Below are positions 8,496-17,140 of a stretch of 39,626 bases of DNA, one piece after another. Source of the stretch: Minisyncoccota bacterium (GTDB lineage: Bacteria > Patescibacteriota > Minisyncoccia > JAHIHE01 > JAGLIN01); assembly GCA_023143145.1 (NCBI GenBank), contig JAGLID010000045.1:1-39626 (forward strand), in the 5' to 3' direction. The notes beneath the pieces were generated by a model. That model was not told the DNA's origin. It saw nothing but the letters and a program-made list of their open reading frames with translations, and did no database searches. A program made the translations under genes and the position numbers. The first letter of the stretch is position 1; every line of letters begins with the position of its first letter.

Positions 8496-10292
8496 CTAAA
8501 TTTTCTTCAATTTAACTCCCAGTTCATCCAGTTGCTCTTTTCTAACTGCGCTTGGACTATCCATCATCAAATCTCTTCCTTTCCCATCTTTTGGAAAGGC
8601 ATAGATGTCGCGAATCGAATCATAATCACAAAGAGTCATCAAAATTCGATCTACTCCAGGAGCACAACCACCATGAGGAGGTGCACCAAATTTCAAAGCC
8701 TTAATCATTCCGCCAAATTTAGCATCCACTTCTTCTTTCGTATATCCAGCAATTTCAAAAGCCTTATACATAATTTTTGGTTTATGATTTCTAATTCCGC
8801 CACTCAAACATTCAAATCCATTCAAAGATATATCAAATTGATTATTGATAATTTCAAGTGGGTCTTTTGATTCAAGTTCCTCAATCCCACCTCTGGGCAT
8901 TGAAAATGGATTATGTTCAAAATCAATTCGACCCTCTTCAATCTCAGAATAGGCAAACATTGGAAAATCAACTATCCAGCACCAAGCAGCCTTTGAATTA
9001 TCCTTAAGCCCAAGTCTTGTGGCACATTCATTTCGCACAGAACCCAAAGCCGAACAAACTGTTTTCCACTTATCTGCACCGAAAAATATAATATCACCAG
9101 AAACTGCTTCAACTTCGCTGGCAATCTCTTTCGTTAAATCATCACCAAGAAATTTCACAATTGGAGACTGAAATTCTCCACCTTCTTTGACAATAATATA
9201 TGCCAATCCTTTTGCCCCTTTTTCCTTGGCAATTTCCGTCAGCTCATCAATTTCTTTTCGAGAAAATTTTGCACCTCCGTCAATTTTCAAAGCATGAACT
9301 GCGCCGCCCTTTTCGACTGTGTCAGAAAAAACACTAAACCCACAACCTTTTATCAAATCTGAAATTGGTTTGATTTCCAAGTCAAAACGTAAATCTGGTT
9401 TGTCCGAGCCATATCTTTCTAATGCTTCTCTCCATGGAATTCTTTGGAAGCTTTTATCCTCATTAAGTGCAACAATTTTCTTTTTACTAAATTTTTCAGT
9501 GATTTCAACAAACAAAGGTTCCATAATCTCAAAAATATCATCTTGCTCCACAAAACTCATTTCCATATCAATCTGATAGAATTCTCCATAGGCCCTATCC
9601 ATTCGTGGATCTTCATCACGAAAACAAGGTGCAATCTGAAAATATTTATCAAGTCCTCCAACCATCAGAAGTTGTTTGAATTGTTGAGGAGCTTGAGGAA
9701 GAGCATAAAACTTTCCTGGGTGAATCCTAGAAGGAATCAAAAAGTCTCTTGCTCCCTCTGGAGAAGAATTGGCCAAAATTGGTGTTTGAACTTCAATAAA
9801 ATCTCTCGTTTGAAAATAATTTCTTACATGTTGAAATAATTGATCTTTAATCTTTAACATTTCCTGCATTTTCTTTCTACGTAAATCAAGAAATCTATAT
9901 TCCAAACGAATTAACTCATTCGCCTCCTGGCCTTTTTCATCATTAATTTCAAAAGGAGGAGTCTCTGATTCCGACAAGACTTCAATTTCATCCGCCTCAA
10001 CTTCGATCTCGCCAGTTCCAAGTTTTGAATTGATCATACCATTAGGTCTTGAAATTACCGTTCCTGTAATTCTGATCACATATTCGGTTCGAATTTTGTC
10101 AGCAGTTTCCCACGCCGATTTTGACACCTCTGGATCAAATGTAATTTGAGTAATTCCATATCGGTCACGCAAATCGATAAAAATCAATCCACCGTGATCT
10201 CTTCTGGAATTCACCCATCCCGATAAAATAACTTCTTGATTTTCTTCTTTTTTTGATAACACTCCGCAAGTATGAGTTCTATATTGTTGCAT
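8496..10292 (-). CDS. aspS: Aspartate--tRNA(Asp/Asn) ligase, non-discriminating type
   Basis: YRTHTCG, RRDHGG (His typical of ND-AspRS), ALPQAPQQFKQLLM, CFRDED and GAPPHGG. Confidence 0.97.
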   Translation of the reverse strand: MQQYRTHTCGVLSKKEENQEVILSGWVNSRRDHGGLIFIDLRDRYGITQITFDPEVSKSAWETADKIRTEYVIRITGTVISRPNGMINSKLGTGEIEVEADEIEVLSESETPPFEINDEKGQEANELIRLEYRFLDLRRKKMQEMLKIKDQLFQHVRNYFQTRDFIEVQTPILANSSPEGARDFLIPSRIHPGKFYALPQAPQQFKQLLMVGGLDKYFQIAPCFRDEDPRMDRAYGEFYQIDMEMSFVEQDDIFEIMEPLFVEITEKFSKKKIVALNEDKSFQRIPWREALERYGSDKPDLRFDLEIKPISDLIKGCGFSVFSDTVEKGGAVHALKIDGGAKFSRKEIDELTEIAKEKGAKGLAYIIVKEGGEFQSPIVKFLGDDLTKEIASEVEAVSGDIIFFGADKWKTVCSALGSVRNECATRLGLKDNSKAAWCWIVDFPMFAYSEIEEGRIDFEHNPFSMPRGGIEELESKDPLEIINNQFDISLNGFECLSGGIRNHKPKIMYKAFEIAGYTKEEVDAKFGGMIKALKFGAPPHGGCAPGVDRILMTLCDYDSIRDIYAFPKDGKGRDLMMDSPSAVRKEQLDELGVKLKKI

Positions 10293-10327
10293 AATTTTTC
10301 TGATTAAAAAATAAATTAGACTTCACG

Positions 10328-10375
10328 CATTTTAGAAACCTAGCTCCGAAGCTTCGGAGCTAAGTTCCTAAAATG
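10328..10375. repeat. REP-like palindrome
   Basis: Perfect 22-bp palindrome TAGCTCCGAAGCTTCGGAGCTA (10341-10362) extended by 13-bp imperfect arms. Confidence 0.7.
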
Positions 10376-10382
10376 TTCATAT

Positions 10383-10445
10383 AACAAAAACTCCGTTCTT
10401 ATTTAATAAGTGAAAAACAAACTCATTAAATAAGAGCGAAGTTTT
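10383..10445 (-). terminator. Leader terminator/attenuator upstream of aspS
   Basis: 25-bp stem (10445-10421 with 10411-10387; 2 G-U pairs, 1 mismatch) ending in TTTTTGTT; lies between the promoter and aspS. Confidence 0.7.
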
Positions 10446-10497
10446 ATTGATTATTATTATCTAAGTAATTAATTCTCATATTTTTTGCCATTTTCAT
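10444..10497 (-). CDS. Putative aspS leader peptide
   Basis: MKMAKNMRINYLDNNNQ*; ends GAT AAT AAT AAT CAA TAA, with the stop overlapping the terminator's 5' arm. Confidence 0.55.
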   Translation of the reverse strand: MKMAKNMRINYLDNNNQ

Positions 10498-10508
10498 TAA
10501 CTATATAC

Positions 10509-10536
10509 ATAATAACAAAGATATAAAAAAAGTCAA
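10509..10536 (-). promoter_or_regulatory. aspS promoter
   Basis: TTGACT-16 nt-TATTAT with a TGn extension. Confidence 0.6.
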
Positions 10537-10626
10537 AGAAAAACACACAGCCTACATCTTTTCAACGTATCTATCCCTGATAAACTCAATCCATTTATAA
10601 TCACGATCATTATTGATTTAAGTAAA

Positions 10627-10665
10627 TAAAAAAAGAAGCAGAGCCTATATTGGCTAGGCTACTGC
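10627..10665 (-). terminator. Terminator after the multiheme gene
   Basis: GCAG-TAGCCTA...TAGGCT-CTGC hairpin followed by TTCTTTTTTT. Confidence 0.6.
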
Positions 10666-10671
10666 ATTTGT

Positions 10672-11271
10672 TTAGTGGCAAATTCTACACTCACCACTAT
10701 GTTCTCCTCCAGGTCCCTTTCCTGGATTGTCATCATGATGAGATCCATGACAATCATCACAATTTTTATGAAGACTTGTTCCGTGACAAGCTCCACAGTT
10801 TTCCTGATGTATTCCAGAATATCTACTATGGCAAACTATACAACTCCTTTCAGTCGGAGCTGGACTCCCTTTATGGCAAAAAGGATTTATACAGCTGTAT
10901 TCATCAAGAATATCTTTATTATGATGAATCTCTTTTCCATCATGACAGTATTGACATTCATTATGAATGTTTCTGTTCGCTCCGTGACAATCCTCACATT
11001 CACTATGAATGCTTTTTCTACTTCCATGACAATCATCACAATCTTCGTGAAGGCTCGCTATGTGGCAATCTAGGCAATCCTTCTCCATATTATGAGGATT
11101 ACCAACGTCATCTTTGCCAGATTCAACATTACTGCCACTGTTTCCAGTGTCATCAGAACCACTAGGTCCAGGTCCTCTGGAATCACCTTTGCCAGCATCA
11201 ACCGAAACTATGGCAGTCAAGACCAATGACATTAGCACTAGACAAACAATCATTTTTCTATTCATACCCAT
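10672..11271 (-). CDS. Secreted multiheme cytochrome c-like protein
   Basis: Signal peptide; 8 CxxCH plus CINPFCH; extra His just before most motifs; G/P/S-rich linker. Confidence 0.8.
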   Translation of the reverse strand: MGMNRKMIVCLVLMSLVLTAIVSVDAGKGDSRGPGPSGSDDTGNSGSNVESGKDDVGNPHNMEKDCLDCHIASLHEDCDDCHGSRKSIHSECEDCHGANRNIHNECQYCHDGKEIHHNKDILDEYSCINPFCHKGSPAPTERSCIVCHSRYSGIHQENCGACHGTSLHKNCDDCHGSHHDDNPGKGPGGEHSGECRICH

Positions 11272-11426
11272 ATCCTCTTTTTAGAGTATTTCTTAAAAGA
11301 AATACTCTTTTGAAATCTGAAATTTAATTTATAAAATAATTATAACCTAAATTCCAATTAAACAACATCTAAGTTGGTATAATAGTTAAACCTAATCTTA
11401 ATTATTACATCAATAACATAGATGTT

Positions 11427-13172
11427 CTACATTTTTTTCAATGTATCTATCCCTAATAGATCTAATCCATTCTTTATCGTAATCGCGACCGATTTTGATA
11501 AATAAATTCTAGCTTTAGCAACCTGCATCTCTGATTTTATAATAGGTGTAGAACTATAGAAATTATTATACAAAGAAGCAAGTTCGTAAATATACAAAGC
11601 AATCAAATGCGGTAAATTTTCACGAGCAGCATTTTCAATAGCTTCCGGAAATTTAATTAATTGCCTTAAAATATCTTTTTCCATATCCTCTTTAAGCAAA
11701 CCAAAATCCGGCTTATCCAGAATATTGATTCTGTTTAATCTGTAAGCTCTATTATATTTTTCAACCAATGAATTTATTCTCGCATAAGTGTATTGCAAAT
11801 ACGGTGCGCTATTCCCTTCAAAAGAAAGCATTTTATCCCAGTTAAAAGCAATGTCTGTCAATCTATTCTGCGATAGATCATTATATTTTATAGCTCCAAG
11901 TCCTACAATTTTTGCAATCTTTTTTTTCTCCTTATTGCTTAGCTTGGGATTCTTTTCTTCCACGACTTTTTTTGCGATTTCAGTTGATTTTTTGATAAGC
12001 TCGTCAAGTTTCACCGTCTCCCCTTTTCTGGTTGAAAACTTTTTTCCTTCTTCTCCTAAAACCATACCGAATTTGATATGCTCAATTTGAGTATTTCTAC
12101 AAATACCCAATAATTCAAGCGAGGCGAATAATTTCTGAAAGTGCAATGCTTGTTCATTGGCAACTACATAAAGGATCTTCTTAGCTCGAAGTTTTTCTTC
12201 ACGATACTTTGCCGTCGCAATGTCAGTTGTCGTATAAAGATATGCTCCGTCTGTTTTTTTTATTAAAAATGCGGATAGATTATATTTATCAAGAGCGATA
12301 ACAATTGCCCCTTCGCTCTTTGTCGCAATTTTTCTCTCCAAGGCATCATTCACAACTCTTGAAAGCATTCCGTCATAAAAACTCTCGCCTAAAACATAAT
12401 CAAATTTTACACCTAAAGTTTTATATATCTTATTATAGTCTTTCAGACTTTCCTTAATTAGATATTTCCAAATCTTGATATTTTCGGTGTTTTTCTCTTG
12501 AAGCCTTTTTGTCTCATGTCTTGCAAACTCCTCAAGGTCCTTATTCTTCTCAACTTCTTTGTGAAATCTAACATAGAGTTTTGTCATCTCTTCAATGGGA
12601 TTTTTATCAATCTCTTTCTTGTTTCCCCAATGTTTATACGCGTAAATTAATTTTCCAAATTGAGTCCCCCAATCTCCGATGTGATTGTCACCGATAACCT
12701 TATAACCCAAAAAATTATAAATATTATAAAGTGATTGTCCAATTATAGTTGAACGCAAATGTCCAATATGCATCGGTTTGGCAATGTTCGGAGCTGAATA
12801 GTCAATGACAACAACTTTTTCTTTCCCAATTTCTGATGAACCAAACCTATCTTTCTTTCTCAAAACTTTGCACAAGTTTTGCCTAAGCCGTTTGTCGGAA
12901 ATTTCAAAATTTATAAAACCCGGATTTGCAATCGTAACTCCGCTGAAAATCTCTTTATACTCTGCAATCGTATCAATCTTATTTCTAATTTTCTCCGCAA
13001 TTTCCATCGGATTTTGATTCAACTTCCCCGCCGAAACCATCGCCACATTTGAAGCATAATCCCCGCGCCCCTTCTGTTTTGGCCACTCCACCACAAAATT
13101 AGGAATTTCTATATCCTGATATAAATCCTTTATTGCTTTATTTATAATTTCCTTTATTTCTTTATTTAGCAT
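11427..13172 (-). CDS. argS: Arginine--tRNA ligase
   Basis: GDYASN, DYSAPNIAKPMHIGHLRS, GDWGTQFG, FSTRKG and YLQYTYARI. Confidence 0.98.
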   Translation of the reverse strand: MLNKEIKEIINKAIKDLYQDIEIPNFVVEWPKQKGRGDYASNVAMVSAGKLNQNPMEIAEKIRNKIDTIAEYKEIFSGVTIANPGFINFEISDKRLRQNLCKVLRKKDRFGSSEIGKEKVVVIDYSAPNIAKPMHIGHLRSTIIGQSLYNIYNFLGYKVIGDNHIGDWGTQFGKLIYAYKHWGNKKEIDKNPIEEMTKLYVRFHKEVEKNKDLEEFARHETKRLQEKNTENIKIWKYLIKESLKDYNKIYKTLGVKFDYVLGESFYDGMLSRVVNDALERKIATKSEGAIVIALDKYNLSAFLIKKTDGAYLYTTTDIATAKYREEKLRAKKILYVVANEQALHFQKLFASLELLGICRNTQIEHIKFGMVLGEEGKKFSTRKGETVKLDELIKKSTEIAKKVVEEKNPKLSNKEKKKIAKIVGLGAIKYNDLSQNRLTDIAFNWDKMLSFEGNSAPYLQYTYARINSLVEKYNRAYRLNRINILDKPDFGLLKEDMEKDILRQLIKFPEAIENAARENLPHLIALYIYELASLYNNFYSSTPIIKSEMQVAKARIYLSKSVAITIKNGLDLLGIDTLKKM

Positions 13173-13178
13173 AGCCTC

Positions 13179-13206
13179 ATTGTAGCATAATTTTTTAGTT
13201 TTTCAA
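13179..13206 (-). promoter_or_regulatory. argS promoter (leaderless arrangement)
   Basis: TTGAAA-16 nt-TACAAT with TGn; the -10 box ends 6 nt before the ATG. Confidence 0.6.
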
Positions 13207-13224
13207 AAAAATGAAGAGTAATTT

Positions 13225-13497
13225 CTACTCTTCAATACTGTTATCTTTCTTACCAGACTTTGCTACAAAAATTACCATACCAAGTATTATATATAGCAAT
13301 ATGTCTATAATAATTAAGACGATAGAAGCCAATAGGCTCCACCAAAACCAAGCAGTGAATGCTATGGTTAGATTTTCTAACCCTACATAATAGAGCATCA
13401 TAAACATTCCGATTACAACGCCTAAAATTATAATAGCATAGGCAGTCCTATCAGAAATGCATATTATAGCTACTTTTCTTAGATTGTTAATATACAA
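13225..13497 (-). CDS. Small hypothetical membrane protein
   Basis: 90 aa, 2 TM; AGGAGG SD before a TTG start. Confidence 0.6.
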   Translation of the reverse strand: MYINNLRKVAIICISDRTAYAIIILGVVIGMFMMLYYVGLENLTIAFTAWFWWSLLASIVLIIIDILLYIILGMVIFVAKSGKKDNSIEE

Positions 13498-13531
13498 ACA
13501 AATTCCTCCTTTCTAAATATTTTATCTACAT

Positions 13532-13798
13532 TTAACTAAAATCTATCACAAACAAGAAAAATGTCAACAGCAATAACAAAAAACTTTCTTCTTCTGGAAT
13601 TATAAGCTCATCACTATAACGCACAGTATCAGATAAATCTTCCATAAATACCATGGCATTCGTAGAAAAATATATTCCTATTATAATACTAAATAATATT
13701 ATAGCAACTAATATAGTCTTATGTTTTTCTAAGTTTATAAGATCAAACATCTTATCAATTTTTTCTGTAATATGTCCAGACAAATTATCGTCCTCCAT
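13532..13798 (-). CDS. Small hypothetical membrane protein
   Basis: 88 aa with two hydrophobic segments; AAGGA SD. Confidence 0.55.
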   Translation of the reverse strand: MEDDNLSGHITEKIDKMFDLINLEKHKTILVAIILFSIIIGIYFSTNAMVFMEDLSDTVRYSDELIIPEEESFLLLLLTFFLFVIDFS

Positions 13799-13927
13799 TC
13801 ATCCTTTCTATTGTTTAATTTCATTTTTCAATGAGCATTATGCTCTTTGCAAAACTGTCAATTATAATTATGATTTACAAATAATTCTCAACCACTATAA
13901 TGGAGATATAAGAAATTAAATTTAAAA

Positions 13928-15088
13928 ATGTCACCTTATACTCATTACTTAGTGCATGATTTTTTTAAGAAAAAAGAATTTAATGAAATATATATTTCTG
14001 TTTTTATTATGACTTTTGCGGAAAGCCTGATTGAAATCTTTATACCAATTTATCTTTTTCAATTAGGATATTCAATCCCCATAATTATATTTTTCTATTT
14101 CTTAGTAAGTTTATTTTTTATCATATTTTCTCTATATGGTGCTAATATTGTTTCTAAGATTGGAGTAAAACATTCAATTCTCATTTCAATACCTTTTTTG
14201 GCTGTCTACTACATTGCCTTAAATTATATTATTTTTTCAAATTTTATATTCTTTGCCTTGCCAGCACTTCTCGCCATACGAATGATTTTCTATAATTTTG
14301 GTTTTCATTTAAACTATATTAAGCATTCAGACAAAGAAAAAAGAGGCAAGGAATTATCTACCATTGGAATTTTGACAACACTTTCGACTGCTACCGCTCC
14401 AATTCTCGCCAGTATTATTATTATCAAATTTGGTTTTGACATGTTGTTTTTAGTTGGAATCATATTATTAATAATTGGAACGATTCCTCTTTTTTTAACA
14501 AAGGATACTTACGAAAGAATTAATATCAATACCAAAAAAACTATAAGCTATATTTTTGATAAAAAAAGCCTTCCTCGCGCAATGAGCTTTACAGGATATG
14601 CGATTGAATCGATTATAGACAGAATTATCTGGCCGATATTTCTAATAATCTTATTGTTAACCGTTGAAAAAGTCGGAACAGTAGTTTCCTTTAGTCTCTT
14701 ATCTTCAATTCTTGTTTTCTATTTAATTGGGAAACTAACGGATAGACAAAACAAAACGAAACTAATAAAAATTGGAACATTTTTTTGTTTTTTCGGCTGG
14801 ATCGGAAGATTGCTTGTATATAATCAATTTACAGTACTATTAGTTGATTCATATAAAAATGTTTCTTCAAAAATTCTTCAACTACCTTGGTCAGCAAAAT
14901 CATATGACATTGCAGCCAAAGAAGGATACTTCAGCTTCATTGTTACAAGAGAAATAATTTTCAACTTGAGTAGAGTGATAATTTTACCTATCATTATGAT
15001 AATATTTTATATTGATTTTTTCCCATTTATTATCACTTTTATTATCGCGGCAATTTCCACTCTTTTATATCCCCTTCTATCCGAATAA
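13928..15088 (+). CDS. MFS transporter
   Basis: About 12 TM; SKIGVK and GKLTDRQNK loop motifs. Confidence 0.85.
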   Translation: MSPYTHYLVHDFFKKKEFNEIYISVFIMTFAESLIEIFIPIYLFQLGYSIPIIIFFYFLVSLFFIIFSLYGANIVSKIGVKHSILISIPFLAVYYIALNYIIFSNFIFFALPALLAIRMIFYNFGFHLNYIKHSDKEKRGKELSTIGILTTLSTATAPILASIIIIKFGFDMLFLVGIILLIIGTIPLFLTKDTYERININTKKTISYIFDKKSLPRAMSFTGYAIESIIDRIIWPIFLIILLLTVEKVGTVVSFSLLSSILVFYLIGKLTDRQNKTKLIKIGTFFCFFGWIGRLLVYNQFTVLLVDSYKNVSSKILQLPWSAKSYDIAAKEGYFSFIVTREIIFNLSRVIILPIIMIIFYIDFFPFIITFIIAAISTLLYPLLSE

Positions 15089-15107
15089 TAAATAAATAAA
15101 TACTAAA

Positions 15108-15135
15108 AAATCACAGTGAAGATTCGCTGTGATTT
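15108..15135. terminator. Bidirectional terminator between convergent genes
   Basis: AAATCACAGTGAA/TTCGCTGTGATTT inverted repeat with A/T-rich flanks. Confidence 0.7.
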
Positions 15136-15138
15136 ATG

Positions 15139-15162
15139 TTTGTGAGGCGTACAGAATTCTAA
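15139..15162 (-). repeat. Degenerate copy of the tRNA-Lys 3' end (att-like direct repeat)
   Basis: TTTGTGAGGCGTACAGAATTCTAA versus TTTGTGGGGCGTACAGGACTCGAA at 23256-23279; 20/24 identical. Confidence 0.75.
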
Positions 15163-15194
15163 TTTATTTTTTTCTATAAGAATTCAAAAAATAA

Positions 15195-16388
15195 TTATTC
15201 ACTTCTCAACGCATCCACGGGGTCAAGACGGCTTGCTTTTAAAGCTGGATAAAATCCGAAAAATACTCCAACAACAACAGAAAAACAAAAACCTATAATT
15301 GGACCTGTCCATGAAAACGCCAATGCCATAACGTCTAATCTTGAAAGTATTGAAATAGCCAATGAGCCAATAATAATCCCGAGTAGTCCGCCAACCATTG
15401 AAAGTGTTACGGATTCCAGCAAAAATTGCCCCAAGATGTCTCCTTGCTTTCCTCCAATGGCTTTTGATATTCCTATTTCTTTTGTTCTCTCCGCGACCGT
15501 AACAAACATAACATTCATAATTCCAATGCCTGACACAAGTAAAACAATAGCTGCTACAGAAGTTAAAAGAAACGTCATAAGTTCGGCTGAATCTTGAGCT
15601 GCTCCAACCATAGCCCCGGCATCCATTATCTTAAAATCATCCTCTTGACTATCTTTCAGTCCATGTTCTTCTCTCAAAGCTAACACAAGTTCTTCTGACG
15701 CAATCTCAATATTTTCTACACCATCAGCTACTGTAAATATCATTACAGAAGCATTACTTCCTAAAATACTTTTTTCTGCTGTAGTATTTGGCAGATAAAT
15801 AGCATCATCTAAAGAGTTTTTACCCATACTTCTTCCAGTTTCTTCAACTATTCCAATGACTTCAATCATTTTACCATTTATTTTTATAGTTTGACCAATT
15901 ATTTTATCCTTTTCAAAAAATAGTGTTTCTACTATCTCGCTTCCAAGGACCGCGACTCTTTCATTGCCCTCCACATCTTCATTGGTTATCAATCTCCCTT
16001 CGCCAATATCTATACTAGACATTTCAAAATAATTACTCTCAATTCCCATTATATTGAAAGAACCACTTTCAGCTTCAAAAGAAACAGCCATACCACCTTG
16101 TATCACAGCCGTAGCTTTTGGAATATGAGGACAATTTTCTATAATAACTTTAGAGTCAGTGGTTTTCAGCTTAGAACTTTCAATTTTTCCTTTCACTGAC
16201 ATGACAATAATTGAATCGGCAGACAATCCTTGAAATTGTTCATCTACTGCTTTTTGCGCGCCTTGTCCAATTGCAAATACAGCAATAACAGTAGAAACCC
16301 CAATAATTATCCCAAGCATTGAAAGAAATGTCCTTGTTTTATTTGCAAGTAAAGATTCAAAAGACATTTTTATAATTTCTAATTTCAT
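15195..16388 (-). CDS. MacB/FtsX-family ABC permease
   Basis: RTFLSMLGIIIGV, GIGIMNVM...ERTKEIGI and YPALKASRLDPVDALR. Confidence 0.93.
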   Translation of the reverse strand: MKLEIIKMSFESLLANKTRTFLSMLGIIIGVSTVIAVFAIGQGAQKAVDEQFQGLSADSIIVMSVKGKIESSKLKTTDSKVIIENCPHIPKATAVIQGGMAVSFEAESGSFNIMGIESNYFEMSSIDIGEGRLITNEDVEGNERVAVLGSEIVETLFFEKDKIIGQTIKINGKMIEVIGIVEETGRSMGKNSLDDAIYLPNTTAEKSILGSNASVMIFTVADGVENIEIASEELVLALREEHGLKDSQEDDFKIMDAGAMVGAAQDSAELMTFLLTSVAAIVLLVSGIGIMNVMFVTVAERTKEIGISKAIGGKQGDILGQFLLESVTLSMVGGLLGIIIGSLAISILSRLDVMALAFSWTGPIIGFCFSVVVGVFFGFYPALKASRLDPVDALRSE

Positions 16389-16389
16389 A

Positions 16390-17097
16390 TTAGTAATCTG
16401 AAGTTAATTTATAATTGTTGTCCACTACTTTTCCATCTCGCAGGTAAATTATTCTATCGGCATATTTTGCGACTTCTGAAGTATGAGTAACCATAATGAT
16501 TGTTTTATTTTTCTTTTTTAGACCAATAAATATTTTCATTATTTCAAGACCAGATTTAGAATCAAGTGCGCCAGTCGGTTCGTCTGCTAAAATTATATCA
16601 GGATTATTTATAAGAGACCTGCAAATAGAAACGCGTTGTTGTTGTCCGCCAGAAAGCTCCGTCGGTTTATGATTTGCTCTGTCCTCCATATTAACACTTT
16701 TCATAAGACCCATAGCTCTTTGCTCTCTGATATTTTTTGCTTCTCCTGAATATAGCGCTGGCAAAGCAATATTTTTTAATGCACTAAGTCGAGAAAACAA
16801 ATTAAACTGTTGAAATACAAAACCCATTTTTTTATTTCTAATATAAGCTAGTGTATAATCGTCTCTAACTTCTCCAATATTTTCTCCATTCAAAAAATAT
16901 TCTCCATCAGTTAAAGAATGGAGGCACCCTATAATATTTAATAAAGTTGTTTTCCCGCCACCAGATTCTCCCATTAACGCCACAAATTCTCCTTTTCTAA
17001 TATCAAGATTAATACCGTTTAGAACTGGCACTTCTTCGTCATTAGAAAGGTAATATGACTTATGAACATTTTTTAGTTGTATTAATAGTTCTTCCAT
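16390..17097 (-). CDS. ABC ATP-binding protein (MacB/LolD-like)
   Basis: GESGGGKT, LSGGQQQRV and ILADEPTGALD; start probably MEELL (17097). Confidence 0.95.
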   Translation of the reverse strand: MEELLIQLKNVHKSYYLSNDEEVPVLNGINLDIRKGEFVALMGESGGGKTTLLNIIGCLHSLTDGEYFLNGENIGEVRDDYTLAYIRNKKMGFVFQQFNLFSRLSALKNIALPALYSGEAKNIREQRAMGLMKSVNMEDRANHKPTELSGGQQQRVSICRSLINNPDIILADEPTGALDSKSGLEIMKIFIGLKKKNKTIIMVTHTSEVAKYADRIIYLRDGKVVDNNYKLTSDY

Positions 17098-17140
17098 AAC
17101 TTTTAATTTAATTGGAACTCTCTCACTTAATATCATTCTA

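Noticed and set aside
10293-10500. T-box riboswitch for aspS
   Set aside because: No GGTGGNACCGCG-like T-box and no stem I motifs.
10650-11165. His-rich + strand ORFs (171 aa and 132 aa)
   Set aside because: Antisense read-out of the repetitive multiheme gene, which has the signal peptide, SD and terminator.
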